64,000 nucleotides of DNA from Isurus oxyrinchus. Its lineage: Eukaryota. The stretch spans positions 744,001-808,000 of the forward strand of contig JANJGN010000052.1 of the NCBI GenBank assembly GCA_026770705.1, in the 5' to 3' direction. Within the stretch, counting starts at the first letter, position 1; each line of letters begins with the position of its first letter. This document shows positions 12,580 to 24,970 of this stretch, in pieces. A model generated the notes under the pieces. It was not told the DNA's origin and did no database searches. It saw nothing but the letters and a program-made list of their open reading frames with translations. The translations under genes were made by a program, and so were the position numbers.

Positions 12580-13400
12580 ATTAGTGGACTGTGTTAGACC
12601 ATTATCGAAAATGAAAGCCGGACTCCAGTATGGCCTCACTATGATGGATATGACAACTCGATTTCCAGAGACCATCCCTTTAGGAACAATTACAGCTAAA
12701 GTAGTATTAGGGAAGTTAACCCAATTTTTTACCCATTATGGATTACCGCTGGAGATCCAGTCAGATCAAGGTTCCATCTCTATGTCTTAAAATTTTCCGA
12801 ACATAATGAGTAATTTGGGTATAAAACAGTTAAAGTCCACAGCATATCATCCATAGACACAGGGATCTTTAGAGAGGGACCAACAAACCCTCAAAACAAT
12901 GATTGAAGCTATTGTCATGAACTCCCCATGACTGGGACAAAGGACTGGATTTTCTTGTATTTCCCACACGAGATTCACCAACTGAATCGGCAGGTTTTAG
13001 TCTTTTTGGAATAACTTATGGACACGAGATAAGAGGCTGTCTGAAATACATCAAAGAAAGATATTCCGGACAGAGGGATTTCAGATGATGTGTCCACGTT
13101 TCAGGAACGGCTCATGGGAGCCTCCAAAGTGGCACAAGAACATCTTATAGTTTCTCAAACAGAGATGAAGGAATGGGGCAGACAGGCAAGCTGTGACCCG
13201 AACATCACAACCAGGGGGATGACGTGTTAGTATCATTGCCTTGGCAGGGGGAGCCTCTGAAAGCGCGGTTCAGTGGTCCCCACAAGGTAATTAGGAGTGT
13301 TGGTCAAGTAAATTAATTGATAGACACCCCAGATTGTAGAATAAAGAATCGGCTGTGACACATCAATATGTTAAAACGATACCATCGTAGGGAGGGAGGT
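12580..13400 (+). mobile_element. Gypsy LTR retrotransposon integrase fragment
   Basis: LTMMDMTTRFPETIPL...FTHYGLPLEIQSDQGS, STAYHP, PLKARFSGP. Confidence 0.85.
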
Positions 13401-13743
13401 AAAAAGGAGCAGGTATTTCATTTCTAACCAGATTCTGCATAGATTACAGAAAGGTTAATGCAGCAATAAAACCAGATTCCTACCCAATCCCCTGTTTAGA
13501 AGATGGTATTGACGAGGTTGGCAGTGCCATGTTCCTTACTGAGATAAATTTGTTGGTAGTGGGGGGTGTTCGTGACCATCAGTGTGGAAGGGTTAGGTTT
13601 ACAGGTTACACAGACCAGACACACACCAACAGACACACACACACATGTAAGCACGCACATTCACACGCACACGTGCACACACACAACACACACACGCACA
13701 CACACACACACGCACATACGCACACACACGTAAGCACGCACAT

Positions 13744-13871
13744 NNNNNNNNNNNNNNNNNNNNNNNNNNNNNNNNNNNNNNNNNNNNNNNNNNNNNNNNN
13801 NNNNNNNNNNNNNNNNNNNNNNNNNNNNNNNNNNNNNNNNNNNNNNNNNNNNNNNNNNNNNNNNNNNNNNN
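13744..13871. other. Assembly gap (others at 46919-47056 and 47832-47962)
   Basis: Runs of N within CA/TG-rich introns next to I-set exons. Confidence 0.99.
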
Positions 13872-14383
13872 GTGCAGAAACACAAACACACACATACACA
13901 CACACAAACACACTCACTTGTGCAGAAACACAAACACACACACATACACACATGTGAGCTCCCTCTCCTCACTCAGTGCTGCACTGGAGTCTCGGTGTCA
14001 GCTCCGATTCTGTGTTGAAGGAAGGTAAACTCCAGATCAACAAGACCCTGAATTGGATGAGCAACCTCCTGAACAGAGAATTGTAGATTTACCCCTCAGT
14101 GCTCCATCAATCAAATACAATTCATTGCCTGTCAAGCCCTTGGGGACATTCTGAGGATGTGAAAGGCAGTTTCTTTAAATCTGGATGGGCAGGGTCTCTG
14201 GTGGGAGAATGCTCCTGCAGTGTGACAGTTTACATAGGCAGTGCCCATTGTAAATGTGACATAGGAACTTATCTTGAGAGAAGGTGCCTAGAAATGCACA
14301 CAGGCATCAGTTACAGTGAGATGATACAGGAAGTTTTGCTGTGCACTGTGATTGCTCACATTAAAATCTTTATATATTTTTAG

Positions 14384-14665
14384 ATGGACCACAGAATCTC
14401 TCAATTACTTCTCTTGATGTGATTAACGCTTCATCGGTCAATATAATTGAGGAGAATTCTGCAGTGATAATCTGCTCTGTCGAGAGCTTCCCAGCTTCTA
14501 ATCTGACGTGGCGACATCTTAATGTCCCAATGAACAGAACAAGATCCAACAATGAGCTGTGGTTGGTGATTCCTCACGTTACATCCAGGGACACTGGAGA
14601 CTATCAGTGTGTGGCAGAGAATGAACATGGAGCAGTGGAGGGGTTCATAACCATCACTGTGGAAT
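14384..14665 (+). CDS. Siglec-like gene A, I/C2-set Ig exon I1
   Basis: tttag...gtgagt, 282 nt, phase 1-1; ICSVESFPASNLTW...DTGDYQCVAENEHG. Confidence 0.88.
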
Positions 14666-15797
14666 GTGAGTTAAAGCAAACTTCAACATCACTCTCACAT
14701 ATTCACACACACACACATACACATACACACATGCATACAAACAAGCATTCATGTGCAATCCCACATGTGCACAGGTGTGCACGCCTGTATGCTCACACAC
14801 AGAAGCATACATACAGAATCACACGTGTGCTTGCTCACACACACACAGACATGTGTGAGTTGTCTGTTCTCCCTGTGCTGCACTGGAGTGTTGCTCCAGA
14901 TTCTGCTCTGAAACACTGACGACATCAGCTGAACAAGACCCTGTATTGGACGAGCAGCCCCCTGCACAGAGAATTGTAGGTTTATCACTCAATACCCCAT
15001 TATTCTAAAGCAATTCCTCCACTGTCAAATCCCTGTGAACATCCTGATGATGTGAAAGACATTTTCTTTTCTTCTAGCCTGACAGTGTCTCCTCTGGTGG
15101 AAGGCTGTAATTACAGCGTGACAGTTTACATATCCACACGCAGCAAGAGCTGAGCAACACTCAGCTTGGGCTGAGAAATGACAAGTAACGTTCACACCAC
15201 ACAAGCACCAGGCAGTGATCATGTCCAACAAGAGAGAATCTAACCATCTCCCCTTGATATTCATTGAATTTACCATCACTGAATCTCCCACGATCAACAT
15301 CCTGGGGGATGTTAACCAAACACCGAACTGGACTGGCCATAAATACTGTGGCTACAGGGGCAGGTCAGAGGCTGGGGAGTCTGTGGGGGGGAATAACTCA
15401 CCACCACCTTCTATAAGACCATAAGACATAGGAGGAGAAATTAGGCCATTCAGCCTATCGAGTCTGCTCCACCATTCAATCATGGTTGATAAGTTTCTCA
15501 ACCCCATTCTCCAGCCTTCTCCCCATAACCTTTGATCCCCTTACCTATCAAGAATCTATCTATCTCGGTCGTAAATACACTTCACCAGGGCAATTAGGGA
15601 TGGGCAATAAATGCTGGCCTAACCAGCGACACCCACTTCCTTTGAATGTACAGATAGAAAAATACATGCAGTGACCATCATTAATGTTGACATAGGAACT
15701 TATAATGGGGAAGATACTTTGGAATGCACATGGACACCAGAAAGAGAGAGACGAAGCATTGAGTCTTCCTCACAATGAAATCTTTATTTGTTTTTAG

Positions 15798-16079
15798 ATA
15801 CACCACGGAATCTCTCAATTACTTCTCTTGATATGATTAACGCTTCATCGATCAATATAATTGAGGGGAATTCTGCAGTGATAAACTGCTCTGTCGAGAG
15901 CTTCCCAGCTTCTAACCTGATGTGGCGACATCTTAATGTCCCAATGAACAGAACAAGTTCCAACAATGAGCTGTGGTTGGTGATTCCTCACGTTACATCC
16001 AGGGACACTGGAGATTATCAGTGTGTGGCAGAGAATGAACAAGGGGCAGTGGAGGGGTTCATAACCATCACTGTGGAAC
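15798..16079 (+). CDS. Siglec-like gene A, I/C2-set exon I2
   Basis: 282 nt, AG/GT flanked, near-identical to I1. Confidence 0.88.
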
Positions 16080-16105
16080 GTGAGTTACTGTAAACTTCAA
16101 CATCA

Positions 16106-16146
<41 letters not shown>

Positions 16147-17049
16147 ATAAACAGGTGCACGCAAACATGCGTTCATATTTAATCCCATGTCTGCACAGGT
16201 GTGCACGCCTGCATGCTCACACACACAAGCATACATACAGAATCACACGTGTGCTTACTCACACACACACAGACATGTGTGAGTTGGCTGTTCTCCCTGT
16301 GCTGCACTGGAGTGTTGCTCCAGATTCTGCTCTGAAACACTGACGACATCAGCTGAACAAGACCCTGTATTGGACGAGCAGTCACCTGCACAGAGAATTG
16401 TAGGTTTATCACTCAATACCCCATTATTCTAAAGCAATTCCTCCACTGTCAAATCCCCGTGAACATCCTGATGATGTGATAGACATTTTCTTTTCTTCTA
16501 GCACAACAGTGTCTCATCTGGTGGAAGGCTGTAATTACAGCGTGACAGTTTACATATCCACATGCAGCAAGAGCTGAGCAACTTTCAGCTTGGGCTGAGA
16601 AATGACAAGTAATGTTCATGCCACACAAGTACCAGGCAGTGAACATCTCCAACAAGAGGCAATCTAACCATCTCACCTTGATATTCAATCACTTTCCCAT
16701 CGCTGAATCCCCTACCATCAACATCCTGGAGGATGTTAACAAAACAACTAACTGGACCGGCCATAATAACTGTGGCTTTAGGAGCAGGTCAGAAGCTGGG
16801 AAATCTGTTGGGGTGAAAAACTCACCACCAGCTTCTCAAGGACAATTAGGGATGGGTAATACATGTTGGCCTAACCAGTGACACCCACTTCCCATGAATG
16901 TCCCTAAAGAAACACACCAGCCGTGACCATTATAGATGTTGACATAGTAACTTATAATGGGTAAGATACCTTGAAATGAAAGCAGATACCAGATAGAGAG
17001 AAATGAAGCGTGGAGCCTTGTTCACAATGAAATCTTTATATGTTTTCAG

Positions 17050-17331
17050 ATGCACCACGGAATCTCTCAATTACTTCTCTTGATATGATTAACACTTCAT
17101 CGATCAATATAATTGAGGGGAATTCTGCAGTGATAATCTGCTCTGTCGAGAGCTTCCCAGCTTCTAACCTGACGTGGCGACATCTTAATGTCCCAATGAA
17201 CAGAACCAGTTCCAACAATGAGCTGTGGTTGGTGATTCCTCACGTGACATCCAGGGACACTGGAGATTATCAGTGTGTGGCAGAGAATGAACATGGAGCA
17301 GTGGAGGGTTTCATAACCATCACTGTGGAAT
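17050..17331 (+). CDS. Siglec-like gene A, I/C2-set exon I3
   Basis: 282 nt, AG/GT flanked, near-identical to I1/I2. Confidence 0.88.
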
Positions 17332-17366
17332 GTGAGTTAAAGCAAACTTCAACATCACTCACATAC

Positions 17367-17403
<37 letters not shown>

Positions 17404-18328
17404 TGCATACAAACAAGCATTCATGTGCAATCCCACATGTGCACAGGTGTGTACGCCTGCATGCTCACACACACAGAAGGAAACATACACAGAATCACAC
17501 GTGTGCTTGCTCACACACACACAGACATGTGTGAGTTGTCTGTTCTCCCTGTGCTGCACTGGAGTGTTGCTCCAGATTCTGCTCTGAAACACTGACAATA
17601 TCAGCTGAACAAGACCCTGTATTGGACGAGCAGTCACCTGCACAGAGAATTGTAGGTTTATCACTCAATACCCCATTATTCTAAAGCAATTCCTCCACTG
17701 TCAAATCCCTGTGAACCTCCTGATGATGTGAAAGACATTTTGTTTTCTTCTAGCCTGACAGTGTCTCCTCTGGTGGAAGGCTGTAATTACAGCGTGACAG
17801 TTTACATATCCACATGCAGCAAGAGCTGAATAACACTCAGCTTGGGCTGAGAAATGAGAATTAATGCATCACAAGCACCAGGCAGTGATCATGTCCAACA
17901 AGAGAGAATCTAACCATCTCCCCTTGATGTTCAGTGAGTTTACTATCACTGAATCCCCCACAATCAACATCCTGGGGGATGTTAACCAAACACCGAACTG
18001 GAAAAAATATATATTATATATTTAATAAATACTGTAGCTACATGAGCCGGTCAGAGGCTGGGAATCCTCTGGAGGTGAAAAACTCACCACCACCTCCTCA
18101 AGGGCAATTAGGGATGGGTAATAAATGCTGGTCTAGATAGATACATCCACTTCCCATGAATATGCAAAAAGGAACACACTGGCAGTGTCTGTTACAAATG
18201 GTGACATAGAAACTTATAATGGAGAAAGAAGCCTTGACATGCACATAGACACCAGATGGAGAGAGATGATACCTGGAGTCTTGCTGTGCACTGTGTTTGC
18301 TCACAATGAAACCTTTATTTGTTTTTAG

Positions 18329-18610
18329 ATGCACCACGGAATCTCTCATTTACTTCTCTTGATTTGATTAACGCTTCATCGATCAATATAATTGAGGAGA
18401 ATTCTGCGGTGATAATCTGCTCTGTCGAGAGCTTCCCAGCTTCTAACCTGACGTGGCGACATCTTAATGTCCCAATGAACAGAACAAGTTCCAACAATGA
18501 GCTGTGGTTGGTGATTCCTCGCGTTACATCCAGGGACACTGGAGACTATCAGTGTGTGGCAGAGAATGAACATGGAGCAGTGCAGGGGTTCACAACCATC
18601 ACTGTGGAAT
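18329..18610 (+). CDS. Siglec-like gene A, I/C2-set exon I4
   Basis: 282 nt, AG/GT flanked, near-identical to I1-I3. Confidence 0.88.
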
Positions 18611-18904
18611 GTGAGTTACACAGAGTTGAACGTTCTCTTGTTATTAGCTCATGGGATGTGGGCATTGTTGACAAGGCCAGAAATTATTGCCCATCTGTAA
18701 CTGCCCCTTGAGAAGGTGGTGGTGAGCTGCCTTCTTTAACCACTGCAGTCCATGTGGTGTAGGCACACCCACAGTGCTGTTAGGGAGGGAGTTCCAGGAT
18801 TTTGACCCAGCAACGGTGAAGGAACGGCCGATATAGTTCCAAGTCTCATAGAAGATCAACACCTCAAGTTCACCTCCAAGTCACACACCACACTGACTTG
18901 GAAC

Positions 18905-19670
18905 TGTCTTGGTGGAAGAGGTTAAGGGTTTGGAAGGTGCTGTCGAAGGAGCCTTGGTGTGTTGCTGCAGTGCATCTTGTAGATGGTGCACACTGCTGCC
19001 ATTGTGTGCCAGTGGTGGAGGGTATGAATGTTTATGCTGTTGGATGGGCTGTCGATCAAACAAGCTGCTCCTGGATGGTGTTGAGCTTCTTGAGTGTTGT
19101 TGGAGCTGCACTTATTCAGGAAATTGGAGATTATTCCATCACACTCCTGACTTGTGCCTTGTCGATGGTGGAAAGGCTTTGGGGAGTCAGGAGGTGAGTT
19201 ACTCACCGCAGAGTTCCCAGCCTCTTACCCGCTCTTGTAGCCACATTATTTCCTGTTGCCGGGTTGTTGCCAGGGCCAATAGCATTTGCTGTATCCAGTA
19301 TCATCAGCTGATTCCTGATGTCACGTGGAGTCAATCGAATTGTCTGAAAGCTGACATCTGTGATGCTCGGACCCTCTGGAGGAGGCCGAGATGGATCATC
19401 CACTCAGCACTTCTGGCTGAACATGGTTGCCAATGCTTCAGACTTGTCGTTTGCACTGATGTGCTGAGCTCCCCCATCATTAAGGATGGGGATATTTGTG
19501 GAACATCCTCCTCCTGTTAGATCTTTAGTTGTCCATCACCATTCATGACTGGATGTGGCAGGACTGCAGAGCTTAGATCTGACCCGTTGGGATCGCTTTG
19601 CTCTGTCTATAGCATGATGTTTCCGCTGTTTGGTGTGTATGTAGTCCTGTGTGTCACCTCAGCAGCTTGG
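18905..19670 (-). mobile_element. CR1-clade LINE fragments
   Basis: Same family as 30090-32050; LHHWHTMAAVCTIYKMHC. Confidence 0.7.
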
Positions 19671-20279
19671 CACCTCTGTTATATGTGAATCCTCCTTATA
19701 GAAACCTGCATGTACATGGATATTATCAATAAATATTACATAGATAAATGTTATTTGTATAGACCTTTCATGCATAGACAATATCACTTCACAAGTTCAG
19801 AATTACTACATGTACATAGGGAACCATTCTCAAACTGTACCGGAGTCATTCATTGGCTGATTTTACAGGGCGAGATTCCAATGAATGGAAAGCAGGATTG
19901 CTTGGAGCTGGAATCTGTTTGAGTGTTGGACTGAGTGGATTCTTCATCTTCAAGTGTGTGAGAAAGTAAGTGTGAAGGTTTAATTGGTTGTTTTTGAACA
20001 TGTTTTCTCCAACCTTCTCTCCGTATAGAAAGAACTTGCATTTCTATAGCACCTTTCACAACCCAAAACCCTCCACAACCCCTGAAGAGCTTTGATGTTC
20101 ACTCACTGTTTAACATCTCATCCAACACTCAATGTTTCACAACTCAGTCCTGTAACTGGCAGTGTTGACCTGGACCATAAAATACCTTGTGACTTCCTGA
20201 GGATGTGAAAGGGGATATATAAATGAAGACATTTCTTTTGTTAGTGAATGCAATCTCTTTCCATTTTCACTGTTTAATA

Positions 20280-20430
20280 CACTCTCTCTCTTATCTCCAC
20301 TAATTCTCTCCTTCTCATTCTCTCTCTCATTCACTCTCTCTCCAAACTCCACTAATTCTCTACTTCTCATTCTCTCTCTCATTCACTCTCTCTCCAAACT
20401 CCACTAATGCTCTCCTTCTCATTCTTTCTC
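20280..20430 (+). repeat. ~50-bp CT-rich tandem repeat, ~3 copies
   Basis: ccactaattctct..ttctcattctctctctcattcactctctctccaaact repeated. Confidence 0.8.
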
Positions 20431-20744
20431 TCGTCCTCTTACACAATGTTCAGTCTCACACATTTTAAACGAGCGCTGAGCAACATCTGCTCCTTCAGAA
20501 GATCCACCTCAACACCTGGAGTGAGCAGTGAATTGAAACTCGCTCAACGACTGCTCAGCTTTACACAGGAATCACGTCACAGAGTCAGGACACAAAGGGT
20601 TAACAGTTTGCTTACAACACAACACTAAGGCCCTAAGTTTCAGTGAAAGGGTTTTCACAATTGTTCCCCAATTCCTGATTTGACTCACAGAGACACATCA
20701 ACCCTTTCTCATTAAATACACAGAGGGAGCAGCACAGGAAGAGG

Positions 20745-21890
20745 TCATTCAGCCCCCTCGAGCCTGTTACACAGGAACAGGAGGAGGCACATTCAGCCCC
20801 CTCGAGCCTGTTACACAGGAACAGGAGGAGGCCCATTCAGCCCCCTCGAGCCTGTTACACAGGAACAGGAGGAGGCCCATTCAGCCCCCTCGAGCTTGTT
20901 ACACAGGAACAGGTGGAGGTCCAATCAGCCCCCTCGAGCTTGTTACACAGGAACAGGAGGAGGCCCATTCAGCCCCCTCGAGCTTGTTACACAGGAACAG
21001 GAGGAGGCCCATTCAGCCCCCTCGAGCTTGTTACACAGCAAGAGGAGGAGGTCCATTCAGCTACTCAAGCCTATTACACAGGAACAGGATTAGGACAATA
21101 CAGCCCCTCGAGCCTGTTACACAGGAACAGGAGGAGGCCTATTCAGCCACTCAAGCCTGTTACATGAGGACAGGAGAAAGCCCATCAGCCTCTTGAGCCT
21201 ATTATACAGGAACAGGAAAAGGACATTCAGTCCCTCAACACCCTTCCACAGGAACAGGAGAGACTCTCAGCCTCTCGAGCCTGTTACCCAGGAACAGGAA
21301 GAGCACATTCAGTCTCTCAACCCACTTACACAGGAATAGGAAACCCATTCAGTCACTCGTGACTGTTACACAGGAACAGGAGGAGGCCCATTCAGGCCCC
21401 TCGAGCCTGTTACACAGGAACAGGAGGAGGTCCATTCTGTCCCCTTGAGCCTGTTACACAGGTACAGGAGACCCATTCAGCCTCCACAAGCTTGTTACAC
21501 AGGAACATTAGGGGCTCCATTCAGCCCCATCAAGCCTGTTACACAGGAACAGGAGGAGGCCATTCAGCCCCTCGAGCCTGTTACACAGGAACAGGAGGAG
21601 GCCCATTCAGCCACTCAAGCCTGTTACACAGGAACAGGTGGAGGCCCATTCAGACCCTCTAACCTGTAACACAGGAACACAAGGAGATCCATTCAGCCCC
21701 TCGAGCCTGTTACACAGGAACAGGAGGAGGCCTATTCGGACACTCGAGCCTGTTACACAAGGACAGGGGGAGGGCATTCAGCACCTGGAGCCTGTTACAC
21801 AGGAACAGGAGGAGGTCCATTCAGCTACTCACACCTGTTACACAGGAACAGGAAGAGGCCCAGTCAACCCCTCGAGCTTGTTGCATGTGA
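20745..21890 (+). repeat. 42-44-bp minisatellite (cagccccctcgagcctgttacacaggaacaggaggaggcccatt); also 42465-42745, 55745-56106
   Basis: About 25 tandem units. Confidence 0.92.
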
Positions 21891-22537
21891 ACAGTCGATG
21901 GCCCTTCAACCACATTCTTGGCACGCAAAGGGCTAACAGTTTTCTAACAGTGCGAGGCAAAGAGCTGCTTTCACACTTGGTACCAAGCACTTCCAATTTT
22001 GTCTCACAGAGACACATCCACCCTTTCTAATTAAACACAAATAGGGAGCAGCACAGGAAGAGGTCATTCAGCCCAAGCAGAGCGTGTGGGCAGTTCCTCC
22101 CCAGGCGAGCAGTCGGACAGGTCCTGGGTAAGTAACGGAACGACTGGAATTCACTTCCACCACCAACACCGTCCTTTGTTGATGTTGTGACTTTATAAAG
22201 ACAGATTCCAATGATTGATGCCTTTGAAAGATTTCTACTGATTATTGAGATCTGGGTGTGAGGCTCAAGTCTGTTGTACAGAACATCTTTCTAGCTCAAG
22301 GGATGAGGGAACTGCAGAGACATGAGCTTTGGGGTGTCCTGAGGTGGTGAAAGGTGCTATAGAAATGCAAATCCTTCATTATTTGTCTTACTTAAAGACT
22401 TGTAACTCTCTGCAGAACACCTATCATCCCACAGAGAATGAAATTAGTCTGTGAAGGCATTGTCTAAAAGCAGTTCTGATCTCTCGAGAGCTGTCGGACA
22501 AGAGGTGAGGTCTCATTAACTCCTTTCTCTTTCACAG

Positions 22538-22616
22538 CTTGAGAGTGAGAAGTGGATGGAATATCTGGGAGTAGACGATGGTCGGGAAATCTACTTCCTC
22601 CTGTCACTTCTCCAAG
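22538..22616 (+). pseudogene. Gene B leader (signal peptide) exon, probably frameshifted
   Basis: ttcacag acceptor; ends IYFLLSLLQ-g|gtaata, the same LLQ|G ending as the gene C leader. ATG 22578 (MVGK) is 1 nt out of frame with the hydrophobic core; upstream ATG 22556 is in frame but acidic. Confidence 0.65.
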
Positions 22617-23306
22617 GTAATATCATCATCAGCTCGAACAGATTTATGTTTAACAGTCTTTGTAAAAGATCATTCTTATCTCTTTATCTCTGTAACCTCC
22701 TGCAACTCACCCAAACAACTTCCCAGATCTCTGTGTTACTCCAATTCCGGCCTCTTGACCATCCCCCGATTCCCATCACTCCAATACTGGCGGCCGGGCC
22801 TTCAGCTGCCTGGGGCCTGAGCTCTGGAATTCACTCCCTAAACCTCGGGGATGGAGGAGATGAGAGGGTTTCATTTTACTGACAATCACCACGACAACAT
22901 CACAGCTGCAGTCAGAATAGACAGAGAGTCCAGCCCTCACACTTCCTGCACAGTTTCACCATAGCAACCACAATAAAGAAGTAAAATAACTGAAAGTTAA
23001 ACCGAAGCCAAACCAGTCGGTGTAGAGAGATGAGATGTTTACACAGTTTCCCTGTGTATCTTGTAGACACTGTGTTGGGTGGAAGACTGGCTTCACTAAA
23101 CATGGTCCTGAGGACCATGAGCCAATGTAGAATGAACTTGTCCACTCCTGTGACCAGGATTCTCTTCCATCCATTGTGAAACCTTGGGGAGTTCCTTGTG
23201 AGTCCTGTAGATGGTCCACACAGCAGCCACTGTGCCCCAGTGATGGAGGGAGTGGATATCAAGTCTAGTGGATTGACAAACCATCCAGAGTTAAATATTG
23301 ACATTT

Positions 23307-23338
23307 CTATTACCCTGTAACCCGGCTTCATGTTTCTG
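23307..23338 (+). pseudogene. Gene B V-set exon remnant (acceptor and most of exon deleted)
   Basis: Intron homologous to 1135-1340 joins directly to the last ~32 nt of a V exon (ctattaccctgtaacc...tctg|gtaagt). Downstream intron matches that of V3. Confidence 0.9.
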
Positions 23339-23810
23339 GTAAGTGCTGCGTTATAATTACTCAACAATTCACATTCAACACTCAATGGGAAATAACACTA
23401 ACTGTGACGTTTACATATTAACACAAAACACAGCTTAATATAACACACTGTCTGATTCTCAATAACCTGGTGATAGCTTCCAGTTCAGTCCTAAAGCAAC
23501 CTCTAATACTCACTTTAATATCAATGATGAAAAGCATTAACTGTATTATCAGGTTATCCACTCCCATCAATCTCTCCTGTCCTGTTTAAAAGTCTCACGT
23601 ATCGATAAAAGAAAGATGTGCATTTCTGCAGCGCAATTTACCACCTCAGGAGGATCCAAATCCCTTCACAGCCAATGACATTATTCCTGAATTGTAGTCA
23701 CAGATGTTAAACACAGCAGGCAGTTTGTGCACAGCAAGATCCAACAAACCACAAGGTGATAAATCACCCAGATCACTGAGGAAATGAGAGGCCAGTGAAC
23801 TCAAACCTCT

Positions 23811-23945
23811 GGTCTGATGAAGAGTCATACGGACTCGAAACGTTAACCCTGTCTTCCTCTCCACTGATACTGTCAGACCTGCTGAGCCTTTCCAGCAATT
23901 TTTGTTTTTGTTTCAGATTTCCAGCATCTGCAGTATTCTGCTTTT
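23811..23945 (+). ncRNA. Minimal type-I hammerhead ribozyme motif in a Penelope-like repeat
   Basis: ggt-CTGATGA-a-GAGTC-atacg-GACTC-GAAA-cgtt-aacc (core, stem II hairpin, palindromic aacgtt stem III), then a tail also seen at 28590, 45000 (-) and 53400. Confidence 0.7.
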
Positions 23946-24197
23946 AACTCCAATCTCTGGTCTGAGCCTCTTCTCTCATCCAGTGTTCTCAATTCACATG
24001 TCTCGGAGTGAACGTGTATTAAGCTGAGAGACAGAAACACTACTGCCAAAGAGCAAGAAAATCTTTCCTGATCATTGTAACCTCTCAGTTCTGATATCAT
24101 CCTTGTAAAAGTGCTTTCTCTTGTGGGACTGTGGTTTCTATTTGAACTGATGCTTCACGTTATATTTCTCTAAAAGGATCCATTCTCTGTCTGTTAG

Positions 24198-24494
24198 ATT
24201 TCACAGATAAACCCACGATATTCCCTGCTGAAATTATTGCAGGAAAGCGTATGGATGTAAGCTGCACCTTCAACACAAAGTGCAATGGAACAGCAGCACC
24301 TGTCTTAACCTGGGACACTCCCACTGACGTCCCTGGATCAGTCTCAAACACTGTAACTCAGCATGGTGTCACTCTGACCTATACTTCTGTTCTGACCCTG
24401 ATCCCATCACTCAAACACCACGGACACACTCTCAGCTGCAGAGTGAGATATCCATCTGTTTCATCGGAGCGGACCCTCGTACTAACTGTGCAAG
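24198..24494 (+). CDS. Gene B C2-set exon (intact paralog of 9724-10020)
   Basis: 297 nt, AG/GT flanked, open, only a few residues differ from the gene A C2 exon. Confidence 0.8.
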
Positions 24495-24817
24495 GTAAGT
24501 ACATACACCTTTCATTCTACATCAGCACTCCCTCAGCGCTGACCCTCTGACAGTGCAGCCCGTTCTCAGTATCCACATTCTCAGACCTCTCTAAGTGCTT
24601 CACAGTCGATAGAAGTTAATTGATCTTTATATGATTATTGCTGAATGAAGAGACAAGCTGTCTAAACTTTACATCTCGCACACACCATTCTCCATGGCAA
24701 CACCTCCTCCTATCAGAGACCACTTGCCAACCAATCAGCACTCTCTTCCCATTAAGTATAAATTGTTGTTCACTTTCTGTTGGTAATCCTGTGAACGGGC
24801 TTCTTGATTCCTGCCCT

Positions 24818-24970
24818 GACATCTTAATGTCCCAATGAACAGAACAACTTCCAACAATGAGCTGTGGTTGGTGATTCCTCACATTACATCCAGGGACACT
24901 GGAGACTATCAGTGTGTGGCAGAGAATGAACATGGAGCAGTGGAGGGATTCATAACCATCACTGTGGAAC
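24818..24970 (+). pseudogene. Gene B 5'-truncated I/C2-set exon
   Basis: 3' half only (HLNVPMNRT...TITVE|gtgagt); 5' half and acceptor replaced by unrelated sequence. Confidence 0.88.

Noticed and set aside
20745-21890. CRISPR-like appearance of regular 33-44-bp repeats
   Set aside because: Head-to-tail units without unique spacers, no cas genes, vertebrate context.
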